Part shown: one piece after another, positions 31,150-41,608 of the stretch
Numbering within the stretch: position 1 is the first letter of the stretch
Layout of the letters: the number at the start of each line of letters is the position of its first letter
Source of the DNA: a virus
Lineage: Duplodnaviria; Caudoviricetes
Length of the DNA: 64,000 nt
IMG/VR virus record: IMGVR_UViG_3300048502_000185
Coordinates: 26,988 to 90,987 of that record
Reading direction: 5' to 3' (one strand)
Translations under genes and position numbers: made by a program
The notes under the pieces: model-generated
Told to the model about the DNA's origin: nothing
Database searches by the model: none
Seen by the model: only the letters and a program-made list of their open reading frames with translations

Positions 31150-31338
31150 TCATCCCGCCGTTGGCGTTTCGCAAAGTTTGGCGTAGATTCTCCGACCGTT
31201 GTCGGTCAAAGTAGTATATGTAAGTCCATCACTCACATAGAACTTGGAGTTGTTTGCACACATTAGCGCACGAACTCGGTCTATGTGAGAGCCCGTAAGG
31301 TGATATGCGTCAACAATATCAAAGCGATTGAATCTCAT
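31150..31338 (-). CDS. Hypothetical protein (paralog of 28801 gene)
   Basis: See 28801. Confidence 0.7.
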   Translation of the reverse strand: MRFNRFDIVDAYHLTGSHIDRVRALMCANNSKFYVSDGLTYTTLTDNGRRIYAKLCETPTAG

Positions 31339-31353
31339 TTTTCATCTCTCCAA

Positions 31354-31599
31354 TTAAATCTTGCGATTATTCTTGCGATTTTGCCTGCGATTATGCAAAA
31401 CAATGGCATACTCTTTGGCGCTCCAAAGCGTATTGTATTTGGGGGCTAACATTGTTCTGGCTAACTCCCATGATTCGCGATAGCCTTGTGCAATGTAAGC
31501 CTTGAAGGTACTTTCGCCGTCCCATGTGTAAGCGTGGTCGCCATCCATATAGACGAGTGTCTCTTTGAAGTTTATTAGTTGTTCTAGACCTACGCTCAT
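31354..31599 (-). CDS. Hypothetical protein
   Basis: ORF in co-directional cluster. Confidence 0.6.
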   Translation of the reverse strand: MSVGLEQLINFKETLVYMDGDHAYTWDGESTFKAYIAQGYRESWELARTMLAPKYNTLWSAKEYAIVLHNRRQNRKNNRKI

Positions 31600-32144
31600 A
31601 ACTTATTACCTTTCAAGTAAGTTCGATGGGAACCTCAAGTATATCTAATCTATTAAACTTTATGTTATAAATCTACTTATATATTAGTCTACAACTTTGG
31701 AACCCAGCCAAGATCTCTTAGAAGAATATTGGCTAATTCATTCATACGATGACGAACATCCTTGTCTTCAGTTTGAGCAAACTCACTTAGTAGTAAGACT
31801 ATATCTTCAACACGAACATAGATAGTGCCGTTCGCACTAACGGTGCGTAATTTAATTACTTCATCTTTTACGATCATATGTTGGCCCTTTCAAGTAAGTT
31901 CGATGGGAATCTTTTATTGTTTATTAAAAATCTAAATCATGCCAAACATCTTTAACAAAAAAAAGCGTTCCGACATAAGTCGGAGACAATTCGGCTTTGG
32001 AAAACAACTTAACAGAATAAGTTTCCACGGTATTATAATCAGGTCCAGCCATACGCTTAAACACGATTGTCCCGCCCCCCGAAGGGAGTCATAACCCTAT
32101 CGCCAGTTTCAAACATCTTTGTTGTCATGTTAGCCTCTTGCTAT

Positions 32145-32510
32145 TTACAGCAAATTATTATTCTGATGGGAATCAATCATATCCGATATTTTCATCGAAA
32201 GCAGTTCGTCAACCTCATTGACCTCTGACACGTCATTGTCAGATGGGTAAAAGATATCCGAAGTATCATCCAAGACGCACAATGCAATCGCCTGGCGAAT
32301 CCACTTGAAAGCCCGAAAAGAATCCTCGCAAGCTTCCAGCAAACAATCATGCTCGGAAAGCTCATCCGTAAGAAAGAAGACTCGTTCGAGATCTTCCAGA
32401 CTCTGGAAGAAGCCGACGTTCTCGACTTCAATGATGGGAAAGATTGTCGTTCCAGATTCAGATTCAAGAATAGAGAAAGAAGTAAACTTGTGAAGGTTTG
32501 CAAAGCTCAT
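32145..32510 (-). CDS. Acidic hypothetical protein (paralog of 9805 gene)
   Basis: SLEDLERVFFLTDE. Confidence 0.7.
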   Translation of the reverse strand: MSFANLHKFTSFSILESESGTTIFPIIEVENVGFFQSLEDLERVFFLTDELSEHDCLLEACEDSFRAFKWIRQAIALCVLDDTSDIFYPSDNDVSEVNEVDELLSMKISDMIDSHQNNNLL

Positions 32511-32545
32511 TGTAATATCCTCTTACTATTATGAAAATAATATTA

Positions 32546-32779
32546 TTAGTCGATGGGAACATCGTTCAGGTCAAGATTATAAAGCAATTTGCCCACTCGT
32601 TCGGCACGAGTAGGATCATGTCTGACAAGCGCCGCCAACACATCATAAGCATGATTCAAAGTCCTACGCTGAACGGATGTCAGCTTGTCCTTACCAATCA
32701 AAAAAAGATCGTCAAGAACACGCTGAATATCTTGCTCAATGAATCGATCTAATGGAAGACGACGATTGTTATTGCTCAT
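32546..32779 (-). CDS. Hypothetical protein
   Basis: ORF with GGAG RBS. Confidence 0.6.
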   Translation of the reverse strand: MSNNNRRLPLDRFIEQDIQRVLDDLFLIGKDKLTSVQRRTLNHAYDVLAALVRHDPTRAERVGKLLYNLDLNDVPID

Positions 32780-33262
32780 TGTTTTTCTCCTGATTATATA
32801 AACGTTTATTGTTCCGATGGGAGGAGTGATTCCAGCAATATAAGTGCTTTATTCAATATCATGATTTGAGAATCAAATAAAGGTAGCGTATTATCCTCTA
32901 AAATAGATACAAGATCTCTAATCGAAGATTCGATCTCAGTTGATTTAGGTGTTATGATAATCGGTCTCATTATATTAGATCCTTTATTGCCAGATGGGTC
33001 TTATATATATTGTGTAATAATCTTTATTAAAGCAAACCCTTATATGGACCCGATGGGAAACATCTCGGACATTCGCGAAAAGATTCCTGATGACCTTCGT
33101 CGGAATGTTCGTTTTCTTTGCCTGCAATCTCAGCACAAGGTCCGCATAGATGACCAGTGCCACATGATGCCTCTTGCGTGGAACGCTTGCCGCAAACGCG
33201 GCAGATAACATTGGGCTGATTGCGCTTGCTAAACTTTATTTTGTTCATAACTATATAATCCT

Positions 33263-33514
33263 TTATTGCCCGATGGGCTTATCGTTAATAGCGAATGACT
33301 CAAGAAACTTTTCAGCTGCTTTATAGGCTGGCAAATCGCCTACTGGCAGCAAGCAAGCGATTTGAAACTTGTTTTCATCGAAGCGCGGGTTATCATTGCT
33401 AAAAAGCAAAATAAAGGCTTCAATAATTGAAGAGGTAATCATGCCAGTAGTACCTTCAGCACGACAGGTTTTAACAATCTCAGCAGCCTTATTGTAATCT
33501 TTCTTGGTCATCAT
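33263..33514 (-). CDS. Small hypothetical protein, family MTxKDY
   Basis: MTKKDYNKAA.IV...LFSNDNPRFD..F..AC, shared with 33560 and 41359. Confidence 0.75.
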   Translation of the reverse strand: MMTKKDYNKAAEIVKTCRAEGTTGMITSSIIEAFILLFSNDNPRFDENKFQIACLLPVGDLPAYKAAEKFLESFAINDKPIGQ

Positions 33515-33559
33515 GATGCACTTCCTTCATTAGGAATTAGAGTTTAATGCTCGATGGGT

Positions 33560-33805
33560 TTATCGCTTCTTATATGAAAGCGATGCTGCAACTTCGCGAG
33601 CAAGATTAATGTCAGTCTTAGGCATGCATGCCGCATCGAACCGAGCACAATCAAACTTCGGGTTATCGTTGCTAAACAGTTCAATAAAGCCCATTCTCAT
33701 CCAACGTGCGTCTTCCAATTGTTCGCTAGAACAAGAATTTACACAATATGCCCTAACAATCTTAGCAGCCTTATCGTAATCTTTCTTGGTCATCATGACG
33801 CACAT
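33560..33805 (-). CDS. Small hypothetical protein, family MTxKDY
   Basis: Tandem paralog of 33263. Confidence 0.75.
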   Translation of the reverse strand: MCVMMTKKDYDKAAKIVRAYCVNSCSSEQLEDARWMRMGFIELFSNDNPKFDCARFDAACMPKTDINLAREVAASLSYKKR

Positions 33806-33842
33806 CCTTCATTAGTAATTAATTTAGATTATCCGATGGGAA

Positions 33843-34418
33843 TTATTCCTTCGGACCGCAAGCAACGTCAGGAATATTCCTGAGTTCGTTATATTCGTTC
33901 ACATCACCGCACTGTATGTCCAATGTAGCGCACCCTTGATCCTTGCACATTACATTCCCAGCGCCCAAGTGCTGTAAGCCCAGTGCATGACCCAACTCAT
34001 GCCTGGTATCCTGTACATCAAAGTCGGTTCCAGATGGGACGTAAGAATTGCCCCAACCCTGATAATCGCAATAATAAGGATCCTTTGCTGCTATACTTTT
34101 ATGCCAGAAAGTAATTCCAATGGTATTGGGATTTTCCGAAATGGACTTTATGTCGGCAAGGCTCATTGGATGTATGCTGATGCAATCAATATCCTCGTCA
34201 TCGCATGCCATGTTTAGAACCGTGATATTAAAACCTACATTGGTCTTACTTGACCAATCGTCAAGAGCACCAACTACATCGGAGATATTGTCGCCAAAAG
34301 CAGGGTCAACGAACACATTGTAATTCGTGGGATAAATTCTACCCCCAGCGCACCCAATTGACAACGAACCAATGCCAGAAAGAAGCAAGCAACCCACTGT
34401 TAAACTTAATGCCTTCAT
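33843..34418 (-). CDS. Matrixin-like (metzincin) metalloprotease lipoprotein
   Basis: Lipobox LSIGC; HELGHALGLQH followed by Met-turn NVM. Confidence 0.85.
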   Translation of the reverse strand: MKALSLTVGCLLLSGIGSLSIGCAGGRIYPTNYNVFVDPAFGDNISDVVGALDDWSSKTNVGFNITVLNMACDDEDIDCISIHPMSLADIKSISENPNTIGITFWHKSIAAKDPYYCDYQGWGNSYVPSGTDFDVQDTRHELGHALGLQHLGAGNVMCKDQGCATLDIQCGDVNEYNELRNIPDVACGPKE

Positions 34419-34772
34419 TATCAAACCTCTTGATAACAATCGGCTTTTGATATTCGATGGGAAGCATGTGAGAGATTGTAGGCAAACTACCTATTCCTAC
34501 CGCATCTATTAGAGTGCGGTTAGGTTCCCTTACATCAAAACAATAGTAAGTATTATGCCCGTTATGAGCATATTGAAAGACGGCAAGATATCTCCCATTG
34601 TGGGATGTGTAGTCCAAAGTGTTAAGAATTTTTTCCCACATGTTTCCTTTCGAGAAAGTTATTGAAAGATATCCTACATGTGTCCTTACATTCCCACCAA
34701 GGAACGGTAAATGTAAGCAAACCATCACGCAGGCTTTAGTAATTCAAACTACATACCCGATGGGAACATCGG

Positions 34773-35078
34773 TTAGCCTCTAACGAAACCATGTTCCCTA
34801 AGCCCTTCTTTAGTAATGGGATTCGGCAGATCGTTAAAAAAAGTAACGAGGGCTTCTCTTACCATACTTGCGTCATCTTTGGTTACCTTCACATCATATT
34901 CCATAGAAGTATCATCGGCGCCGCCAACGTGCAATCGAAACATACATGTCTCACCGTTAGCATCAATGTATTCATACATCTTGCACTCAACGCAATTACG
35001 CGGAAAGTTAGGGCTCCAATCATCCGACGTTGGATACATGAAACGCTTGAGTAGGAGAATGTCGTTTTTCTTTTTCAT
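34773..35078 (-). CDS. Conserved phage hypothetical protein
   Basis: PTSDDWSPNF...V.GADD..M. Confidence 0.65.
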   Translation of the reverse strand: MKKKNDILLLKRFMYPTSDDWSPNFPRNCVECKMYEYIDANGETCMFRLHVGGADDTSMEYDVKVTKDDASMVREALVTFFNDLPNPITKEGLREHGFVRG

Positions 35079-35573
35079 CGCTTGGGCTTCCTGATTAACT
35101 TCCCGAACTTATAACTATACTTGACTTTTTCAGTATCAACTAAAACTGCCAATTCCTTTTGAACGGTTTCATAGGCTTCGAAAACAGCCCTCCAGCGCTT
35201 TACGGTATCGCTGTCTACATCGGCTTCCCAACCCCTCCCTTTGGACACAAGAATAAATCCAACATCATCCCCAGTAAACGGCGCGTCAATATAAATTTTC
35301 ATAATTATCTCCTTGGTTTCTAACACGATGGGAACATGCCAAGGTATACCGTCCTTGGCTTCCCCGTATTGGGGCTGCATCAAAGCAGGAAAGATGCGTG
35401 CCGATGGGAAGGTGCTTGTTGGCGCGAAAGAAGATGGCAGCAATCTTGCGTCATTGCAAAAATCAAACCAACTTCCCCAATAAAATCAAATGCTTACATT
35501 GCAGGCAAATGTAATCAAAGGATAAAAAATGGGGGACATATGTCCCCCACGTTAGGGCACGCAGTATTCAAAA

Positions 35574-36044
35574 TCATCGCACCACTTCGGGACAAGGGAT
35601 AATCGCCCTAATCAAGTCGCACATGGTTACTTTGGCGGAGAAGGAGTTGTCGTCGTAAAATTCAGCGACGACAAAGTGGGTGATGTAGTCGGCGGCATAG
35701 TGGACACCAGCGGCAAAGTGGGCGGCGTGGTCGGCGTAGTCGATGCTGTTGTCGATGCTGACCTGCTCAGTCGAAGGCTCAGCACGACACCATGCTTCTG
35801 CGGTTTCGATCGCGATAAGAGCCTCTGGTCTTGTGGCGAAAGGGATAACCGTCCTAGCGCATGCGCATGCGGCGAGAACGATATCTCGCCGACTAACGCC
35901 GGTACGTCCAGCCAACCAGAAAAGCCAAGCGGGCCTAGTGCATGCAGCGTACGCTTCGGAAAGCGTAGAATAATCCGAGGCAAACTCGATTGCCTCGTCG
36001 CAGGCTTTCAGGGATTTTAGATACTTGATATGCGTAGCAGTCAT
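35574..36044 (-). CDS. Ala-rich hypothetical protein, tandem copy 1
   Basis: ACD.AIEFA..Y..L..AYAACTRP.WLFWLAG; duplicate of the 36099 gene. Confidence 0.8.
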   Translation of the reverse strand: MTATHIKYLKSLKACDEAIEFASDYSTLSEAYAACTRPAWLFWLAGRTGVSRRDIVLAACACARTVIPFATRPEALIAIETAEAWCRAEPSTEQVSIDNSIDYADHAAHFAAGVHYAADYITHFVVAEFYDDNSFSAKVTMCDLIRAIIPCPEVVR

Positions 36045-36098
36045 TGTAATGTTCTTCCTTTATATAGTTTCTAATTGAAGACCTGATGGGTTAGCTAA

Positions 36099-36629
36099 TC
36101 ACTCAACGCACACCACTTCGGGACAAGGGATAATCGCCCTAATCAAGTCGCACATGTTCACACGGGCGTCGGCGTTGGCTGCGTCGGCGGCGTCGGCGGC
36201 GTCGACGGCGTCGGCGGCATAGGTAGCGGCGGCGGCGCGGGCGGCGTAGGCGGCGCGGGCGGCGTAGACGGCGGCAGCGCGGGCGTAGACGGCGGCAGAG
36301 GCGGCGGCAGAGGCGGCGTCGACGGCGCCGTAGGCGCGGACGCGCACTTGTTCAATCGTCGCCTCGCCACGACACCATGCTTCTGCCGTTTCGATCGCGA
36401 TGAGGGCTTCTGGTCCTGTGGCGAACGGTAAAGCAGTTCTAGCACATGCGCATGCGGCGAGAACGATGTCCTGGCGACTAACGCCGGTATGTCCCGCCAA
36501 CCAGAAAAGCCAATCTGGCCTAGTGCACGCAGCGTACGCGTCTGAAAGAGACGAATAATCCGAGGCAAACTCGATTGCAGGGTCGCAGGCGCCCAGGTAC
36601 TGAAGGTAGGTGATATGCGTAGCAGTCAT
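36099..36629 (-). CDS. Ala-rich hypothetical protein, tandem copy 2
   Basis: As copy 1, with an expanded GC-rich (AAYAARA)n tract. Confidence 0.8.
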   Translation of the reverse strand: MTATHITYLQYLGACDPAIEFASDYSSLSDAYAACTRPDWLFWLAGHTGVSRQDIVLAACACARTALPFATGPEALIAIETAEAWCRGEATIEQVRVRAYGAVDAASAAASAAVYARAAAVYAARAAYAARAAAATYAADAVDAADAADAANADARVNMCDLIRAIIPCPEVVCVE

Positions 36630-36690
36630 TGTTATTCTCTTTCTTTATATAGTTTCTAATTGAAGACCTGATGGGTTAGCTAATCACGAC

Positions 36691-36706
36691 TACAAAAGCC
36701 GTGCCA
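36691..36706 (-). promoter_or_regulatory. sigma54-like promoter (degenerate -12)
   Basis: TGGCACGGCTTTTGTA. Confidence 0.45.
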
Positions 36707-37021
36707 TTCATTCGCAATGCTCTGGTGAACGCTTCGGCATGATAAGACGTATAGAAAACTCGAACGGACTTTCCGAAAGAAACATAATAGTGGGTCATTG
36801 TCATTCTCTTTCTGATGTTAAATCTCGATGGGCTACACCACAAATATTTTTTATGGCTTCGTCTTGACGATCACGAAACGCAGCATATCCTACCTTATCA
36901 ATAATCTGATATCGAATCTCGTTATATACTCTTAAGCTAGGCTGAAGTAGCGCATCATATATTCTTTTCACTTCAGGAGTCATTGTATGTTCTTTCTTTA
37001 TATCTTAGTTTCTGATGGGAT

Positions 37022-37306
37022 TCAGCGAACCGAACACGTACCAGGCATCTTGATCCATTCTGGAATCCTATGGCCCGATCGTGCAGTAAGATTGAACTGA
37101 CAACCGCAATCGCCAGCATGGCTCACCAAGCGCGGGATAACTCGAGTCTCGAAACATGCCTCGCAAAAGTAATCAACCGTGCGCCACTTGGCGGCAATAT
37201 ATTCGCCCCACGCAAAGACGCTTGTCTTCTTGACGCCACAAGGGCAGGTCGTTTTGACAATTGGCTGAAACCATTCGTTGTGAACTCGAATCTTTGACTT
37301 GGACAT
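37022..37306 (-). CDS. Cys-rich hypothetical Zn-binding protein
   Basis: CPCG, CEAC, CGC motifs. Confidence 0.65.
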   Translation of the reverse strand: MSKSKIRVHNEWFQPIVKTTCPCGVKKTSVFAWGEYIAAKWRTVDYFCEACFETRVIPRLVSHAGDCGCQFNLTARSGHRIPEWIKMPGTCSVR

Positions 37307-37701
37307 ATTGAGCCTCTTTCCAAACTTAGCAGAGAATTAGTTTCTGATGGGACTCTAAAACGAAACTTCCTTCATCTCAAAAACTCGAACGGCATCGGCT
37401 ATAAGATTATAATATCGCACAAGCTCAGCAAGGCTATCGGAACGAAGAGCGACTTGTAATTGACTGGTAATAACCTTATGTTCGCCCGTTTCGTCATTGA
37501 CCTCGCAGTATAAGATATGTGCGAGATTCTGGATGGGGTCATGGTAGATTGTAATCGTTTTCATGTTTAGGAATCCTCGTTTATATACGATGGGAAAATT
37601 ATGCCGAGTCGCTATGATAATGGGGGACTCGTCTTTATATTGAAACAGTTAGGTTTCTGATGGGAGATTACAAGATGGCTTGGCACTTATATTGCAGTTA
37701 T

Positions 37702-37717
37702 AGCAAAAACCAAGCCA
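37702..37717 (-). promoter_or_regulatory. sigma54-type promoter
   Basis: TGGCTTGGTTTTTGCT. Confidence 0.65.
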
Positions 37718-37726
37718 GACACCAAC

Positions 37727-37763
37727 AAAAGAAAAAAGTAGGAGAGACATCTACCTCTCCTAC
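37727..37763 (-). terminator. Intrinsic terminator
   Basis: GTAGGAGAG/CTCTCCTAC stem followed by a T-tract on the minus strand. Confidence 0.65.
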
Positions 37764-37773
37764 CTTCTATGTT

Positions 37774-38259
37774 TTAGACCCAGTTATATTTAAGATAGTT
37801 AATATTATCTAAGAAAAAAGTAGGAGAGACATCTACCTCTCCTACCCAGTTATATTTAAGATAGTTAATATTATCTACGCACACAACCCTACCACTCGCA
37901 ATGGCTCTGGCTAGTAATGCTTCTACGTGATCTTTTGCGCCCTTCAGAAAGGAAAGCTCGCCAGTAGCATGATCATTACTACATTGATTGATAGCAGAGA
38001 AAATGTCCTCGTCAACAGCGATGGCAACATAGCTCCAATCTTGGGGCTCCCAATATTGGAGCTCCCAATCTTGCGACTCGATGGGCTTCTCTGGCTCTTG
38101 TGCTTTCTGGTCTCTGACCTTCTGTAGGTGGGAACACACCACATCGATGGGCTTCTCGGGTTTTTGTGCTTTCTTTACAGCCTTGAGCGATTCAGCAAAG
38201 GCAATAATCTCGTCAACGGTTCCAGTTACAGTGATATTCATTGTCTTATCGCCTTTCAT
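37774..38259 (-). CDS. Hypothetical protein with duplicated C-terminus
   Basis: DNINYLKYNWV occurs twice because of a local tandem duplication. Confidence 0.6.
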   Translation of the reverse strand: MKGDKTMNITVTGTVDEIIAFAESLKAVKKAQKPEKPIDVVCSHLQKVRDQKAQEPEKPIESQDWELQYWEPQDWSYVAIAVDEDIFSAINQCSNDHATGELSFLKGAKDHVEALLARAIASGRVVCVDNINYLKYNWVGEVDVSPTFFLDNINYLKYNWV

Positions 38260-38544
38260 ATAAGGATTATGGATGGGATTGCGGTATTATTAAAGCATCT
38301 GAAAAAAGCGCAACACAACCGCAAAGTCATCTGGACTTGTATCGCCAGTCTTCCAAGTCTTATGGCTCATCCCGATGGGAAGAACATCCAGCAATTTATA
38401 ACCATTGGGTCCGTTCAAGCGGTTAAGGATATGGATTACTGAAGTGATCCATTCATTTTCAGAATACCCAGAACTATTCTTTTCGGCTTCCATTTTATTT
38501 ATCCTATCTTCATGATTAGATTCAGTTTATTAGCCGATGGGAAC

Positions 38545-38943
38545 TTACGCCGTCAGTTGTTTCGGCATGTTGTCAGGATGAACCTGAACTGTCATACGAA
38601 AACTCCTATAGTAGTCATGGTAAACTACCGTAAGCAACGCATGAGTTATCGGAATGCCCCCAACCGCCTGGTCATTGTTCGACCCAGCATGACAGGCCCA
38701 TTCGCCCGAGCTCAAGTGCAACGGATGGGAAAAGGTCATCGTGCGCAAGTCCAAAGAATATCTTTTGCCACATTCGCCGTCATGCAAGACTGCGGGATGT
38801 ACAGCGTCGGTAAACGACACACTTTTAGGACATCGCTGGGAAGTACCAGTGTCTGCTTTGATTGTGGGCCATAGGCTCTTGAACCCCGGCAACAAGGCTT
38901 CTACGTCGGACATCTTTGAACATTTGAAAGTGTTATTGGACAT
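38545..38943 (-). CDS. Hypothetical protein
   Basis: GGGAG RBS, downstream of the sigma54 site. Confidence 0.7.
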   Translation of the reverse strand: MSNNTFKCSKMSDVEALLPGFKSLWPTIKADTGTSQRCPKSVSFTDAVHPAVLHDGECGKRYSLDLRTMTFSHPLHLSSGEWACHAGSNNDQAVGGIPITHALLTVVYHDYYRSFRMTVQVHPDNMPKQLTA

Positions 38944-39005
38944 GTATCTCCCGCCTTTATGTTTGCCGATGGGTTTTGAATTTACGGCATATAGATTGCA
39001 GACAT

Positions 39006-39021
39006 AGCAAAACCCGTGCCA
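39006..39021 (-). promoter_or_regulatory. sigma54-type promoter (full consensus)
   Basis: TGGCACGGGTTTTGCT = TGGCACG-N4-TTGCW. Confidence 0.8.
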
Positions 39022-39034
39022 ACCAACTTTAAAA

Positions 39035-39060
39035 CAAAAAGAAAGGGGTTATGCCCCCTT
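39035..39060 (-). terminator. Intrinsic terminator
   Basis: AAGGGG/CCCCTT stem plus T-tract. Confidence 0.6.
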
Positions 39061-39327
39061 CCTTTTACTTCCATAGCCAACCTGTTTCAATCCAATAAAG
39101 AATCGTTGCAACGAATTGCTCGGGGGACTTATCCGCCCAAAAGGCATCGTTTGCCATTCCCATAGGAAGCTTTTCATTTATAAGGCAATCAGCAGGAATA
39201 GTGGAACTTTCCCACTCATCAAGAACTTTATAAGAAACGCCGACATTGTTTAGTCTTTCAACGACTTCCGTCAACCAATCGTTGATTGTATAACCCAAAC
39301 CGTTCTTCATGATATTCTCCCTATATG

Positions 39328-39948
39328 TTATGCTCGATGGGAGCGCAACAATTCATTCTTGCGTTTCCATTCCGTATGAAAGAAACTTAGATTATACTTC
39401 CCAGACATACATTCGTCCATATATGCTTGTAGATATGCAAACCTAAACTCATTCGTATGAACGGTAATCTTGGCTTGCTCTTCCCATGGCAAATCAAAAT
39501 ATCCCCCTGGCAACCCTGATGGGACATTGCACCAATCGGGCATGAATTTCAAGGCTGATAATGTCTCACGCTTGTTTACATGTATGCCTAACTCGTTTTG
39601 AATCTGCCATTGCAGAGCAATAACCCGAACCTCGCGCCTGATTGGCTGAATGCTTACAGGCGCGCTAGCCATGTAACTATGTCTCCCTGGCATATATATT
39701 TGCGGCGTTGTAAATCCCCAACCGTGCTTTAGCACGCGTGCATCGTCAATCTCAACAAGATGGCTCATCTCATGAATGAGATTCGTTAGACATCGCCATG
39801 GGCCAGCTCGCATGCCCAAAAACAGAACGTTATCAAAGACTTTCATTCCTTCCACATCGGAAGAAACTTGAATCGGCGAGTCCTGAAAGAATTCTACCAA
39901 CACACGCTTGTGCTCGGGCGAATCAATCCACTTTGAATTATCAATCAT
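39328..39948 (-). CDS. Hypothetical protein with HEXXH zincin motif
   Basis: NLIHEMSHLVE. Confidence 0.65.
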   Translation of the reverse strand: MIDNSKWIDSPEHKRVLVEFFQDSPIQVSSDVEGMKVFDNVLFLGMRAGPWRCLTNLIHEMSHLVEIDDARVLKHGWGFTTPQIYMPGRHSYMASAPVSIQPIRREVRVIALQWQIQNELGIHVNKRETLSALKFMPDWCNVPSGLPGGYFDLPWEEQAKITVHTNEFRFAYLQAYMDECMSGKYNLSFFHTEWKRKNELLRSHRA

Positions 39949-39989
39949 GATTAATCTCCCCGAGCACATGTCGATGGGTTAGAAGATAT

Positions 39990-40412
39990 CTATCCAGTAA
40001 ACTTGCCACCATACTGGTGAATGGTATTCGTGGTGGCGCTTCTAATTTGAGACAACCGCAAGTATGTTGCTCGATGGGACTGACAGGTCTTGAATAGTGC
40101 GACAATGGAATGCCGGTGTAATTGAAAGTTTGGTTGGACTAACTTTTGGGAAGTCTTCCAGACGTGAGCATTGTATTCTACCACGTCAATCCCTGACAGG
40201 GGGCGAGAAAAGTTTGCAAAGTGATTAAAGATACCAAAGCGCACATCTGCTTGCAGGTGAATGTAATTAGTATACGCACCCACTTTTTCTGTTAGAAGAA
40301 TGGAAAAATATTCCACCTCATCCGTAGGCTTATCCTCAAAAGGCAGGAAAGACACGTGAATTGTGAAGGCCCCAATGTCATATGTGCCCACGTCTATATC
40401 TTCTGCTTTCAT
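39990..40412 (-). CDS. Hypothetical protein
   Basis: ORF with GGAG RBS. Confidence 0.6.
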   Translation of the reverse strand: MKAEDIDVGTYDIGAFTIHVSFLPFEDKPTDEVEYFSILLTEKVGAYTNYIHLQADVRFGIFNHFANFSRPLSGIDVVEYNAHVWKTSQKLVQPNFQLHRHSIVALFKTCQSHRATYLRLSQIRSATTNTIHQYGGKFTG

Positions 40413-40454
40413 GATAGATCTCCTATGTATATATTCTTTACAAATCCCGATGGG

Positions 40455-40652
40455 TTAGCCCTTGACAATCCGATGACCAGCGTAATAGAACCCGCTGAAG
40501 CACAACATCATGTAAGAAACTCCCCACATGGGCAACGGGCTCGGCAACGTAAAAGCCACGTTCCACACATTGTGAAAGAAGTGCGACACACCGAAGCACA
40601 TTGCAACAGCGAAAACAACGACAACGAAAAACTTCATCATGGTAATATCCAA
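40455..40652 (-). CDS. Small membrane protein
   Basis: Two hydrophobic segments. Confidence 0.55.
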   Translation of the reverse strand: MDITMMKFFVVVVFAVAMCFGVSHFFHNVWNVAFTLPSPLPMWGVSYMMLCFSGFYYAGHRIVKG

Positions 40653-40696
40653 CTTTCTTATATAGTTATGAATGAAACTGTTTTGCTGATGGGACT

Positions 40697-40972
40697 TTAA
40701 TAATCCATTCCACCAGACTCGTAATAATACGTTCGACGGTCTTCGGCTTCGTCTTGTGCTTTTCGACCTTCGTAAGCAAGATATGCCACAAGTATTGCCT
40801 TCTGCTCTTCAGACACACATGCATCCTCGTCAATCACCAGAACCACATTCTTACCTTTGCAGTCAAGGCACGTGATGTCATACATTCCCCCACGGGTGAA
40901 GTATTCCGACCGTTCATCCTCATCGAAGGATTCATTAAACTCTTCTTGTGAATAAGCATAATTGCCGGTCAC
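40697..40972 (-). CDS. Hypothetical protein with CxxCxG
   Basis: YDITCLDCKGKNVV. Confidence 0.7.
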   Translation of the reverse strand: MTGNYAYSQEEFNESFDEDERSEYFTRGGMYDITCLDCKGKNVVLVIDEDACVSEEQKAILVAYLAYEGRKAQDEAEDRRTYYYESGGMDY

Positions 40973-41165
40973 TAACTACTTTTTGCTGATGGGGACTTGC
41001 GATCCGTGGCGTGTGAAGGGGAACTAGGATGGTATTATGATAGCCGCTAGGCTATCGTCTAATCCACCTTCACACGCCAAGGTCTCTATCGCCAACTATA
41101 TTGGGGGATATCAAACTGATGGGAACTCTTGCCTGCATATACGCGTTGGTATTGATCTTGCAATT

Positions 41166-41181
41166 AGCAAAACCCATGCCA
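41166..41181 (-). promoter_or_regulatory. sigma54-type promoter
   Basis: TGGCATGGGTTTTGCT. Confidence 0.78.
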
Positions 41182-41196
41182 CCCAGTTCAAAGAAT

Positions 41197-41234
41197 AAAA
41201 AAAAGAGCCAGCCTAACATTCGGTAGGCTGGCTC
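41197..41234 (-). terminator. Intrinsic terminator
   Basis: 11-bp stem GAGCCAGCCTA/TAGGCTGGCTC plus T8. Confidence 0.8.
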
Positions 41235-41358
41235 CTTAGGGATTACCGCGAATAATCCCTAGTCGGTAAGCCGAACGAAGCATCCCGACTTCCCAAGTAA
41301 GTGCGTCCCTTACCTGGGGGTATGTATACCATGCGAAACTATGCCCCGATGGGAACCC

Positions 41359-41559
41359 TTACTTCGTTTTGGGCTTGCAAGCCCTAATAAACCGCTTCTC
41401 GTCAAAAAGAGGATTATCGCTCCTGAAAAGTACGATGTAGACATCTTGGAGCCTATCGGCGTGTAACGTCCAAAAACTGTCGCCATCATACCATGAGGGC
41501 ATTGTAGCACGATGAGTGCGGACAATCTTTGCAGCCAAGTTGTAATCTTTTCGAGTCAT
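41359..41559 (-). CDS. Small hypothetical protein, family MTxKDY
   Basis: MTRKDYNLAAKIV...LFRSDNPLFDEKRFIRAC. Confidence 0.75.
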   Translation of the reverse strand: MTRKDYNLAAKIVRTHRATMPSWYDGDSFWTLHADRLQDVYIVLFRSDNPLFDEKRFIRACKPKTK

Positions 41560-41608
41560 GGGGAACCTTCTTTCATTAGCAGTAGATTGTTTACGCGATG
41601 GGATGAGC

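Noticed and set aside
36625-36680. CCCATC as the -35 box of a -35/-10 promoter with a downstream TATA(T/A)A
   Set aside because: The spacing to the nearest TATA-like hexamer varies from ~9 to ~23 nt among copies, whereas the distance to the stop codon is tightly constrained
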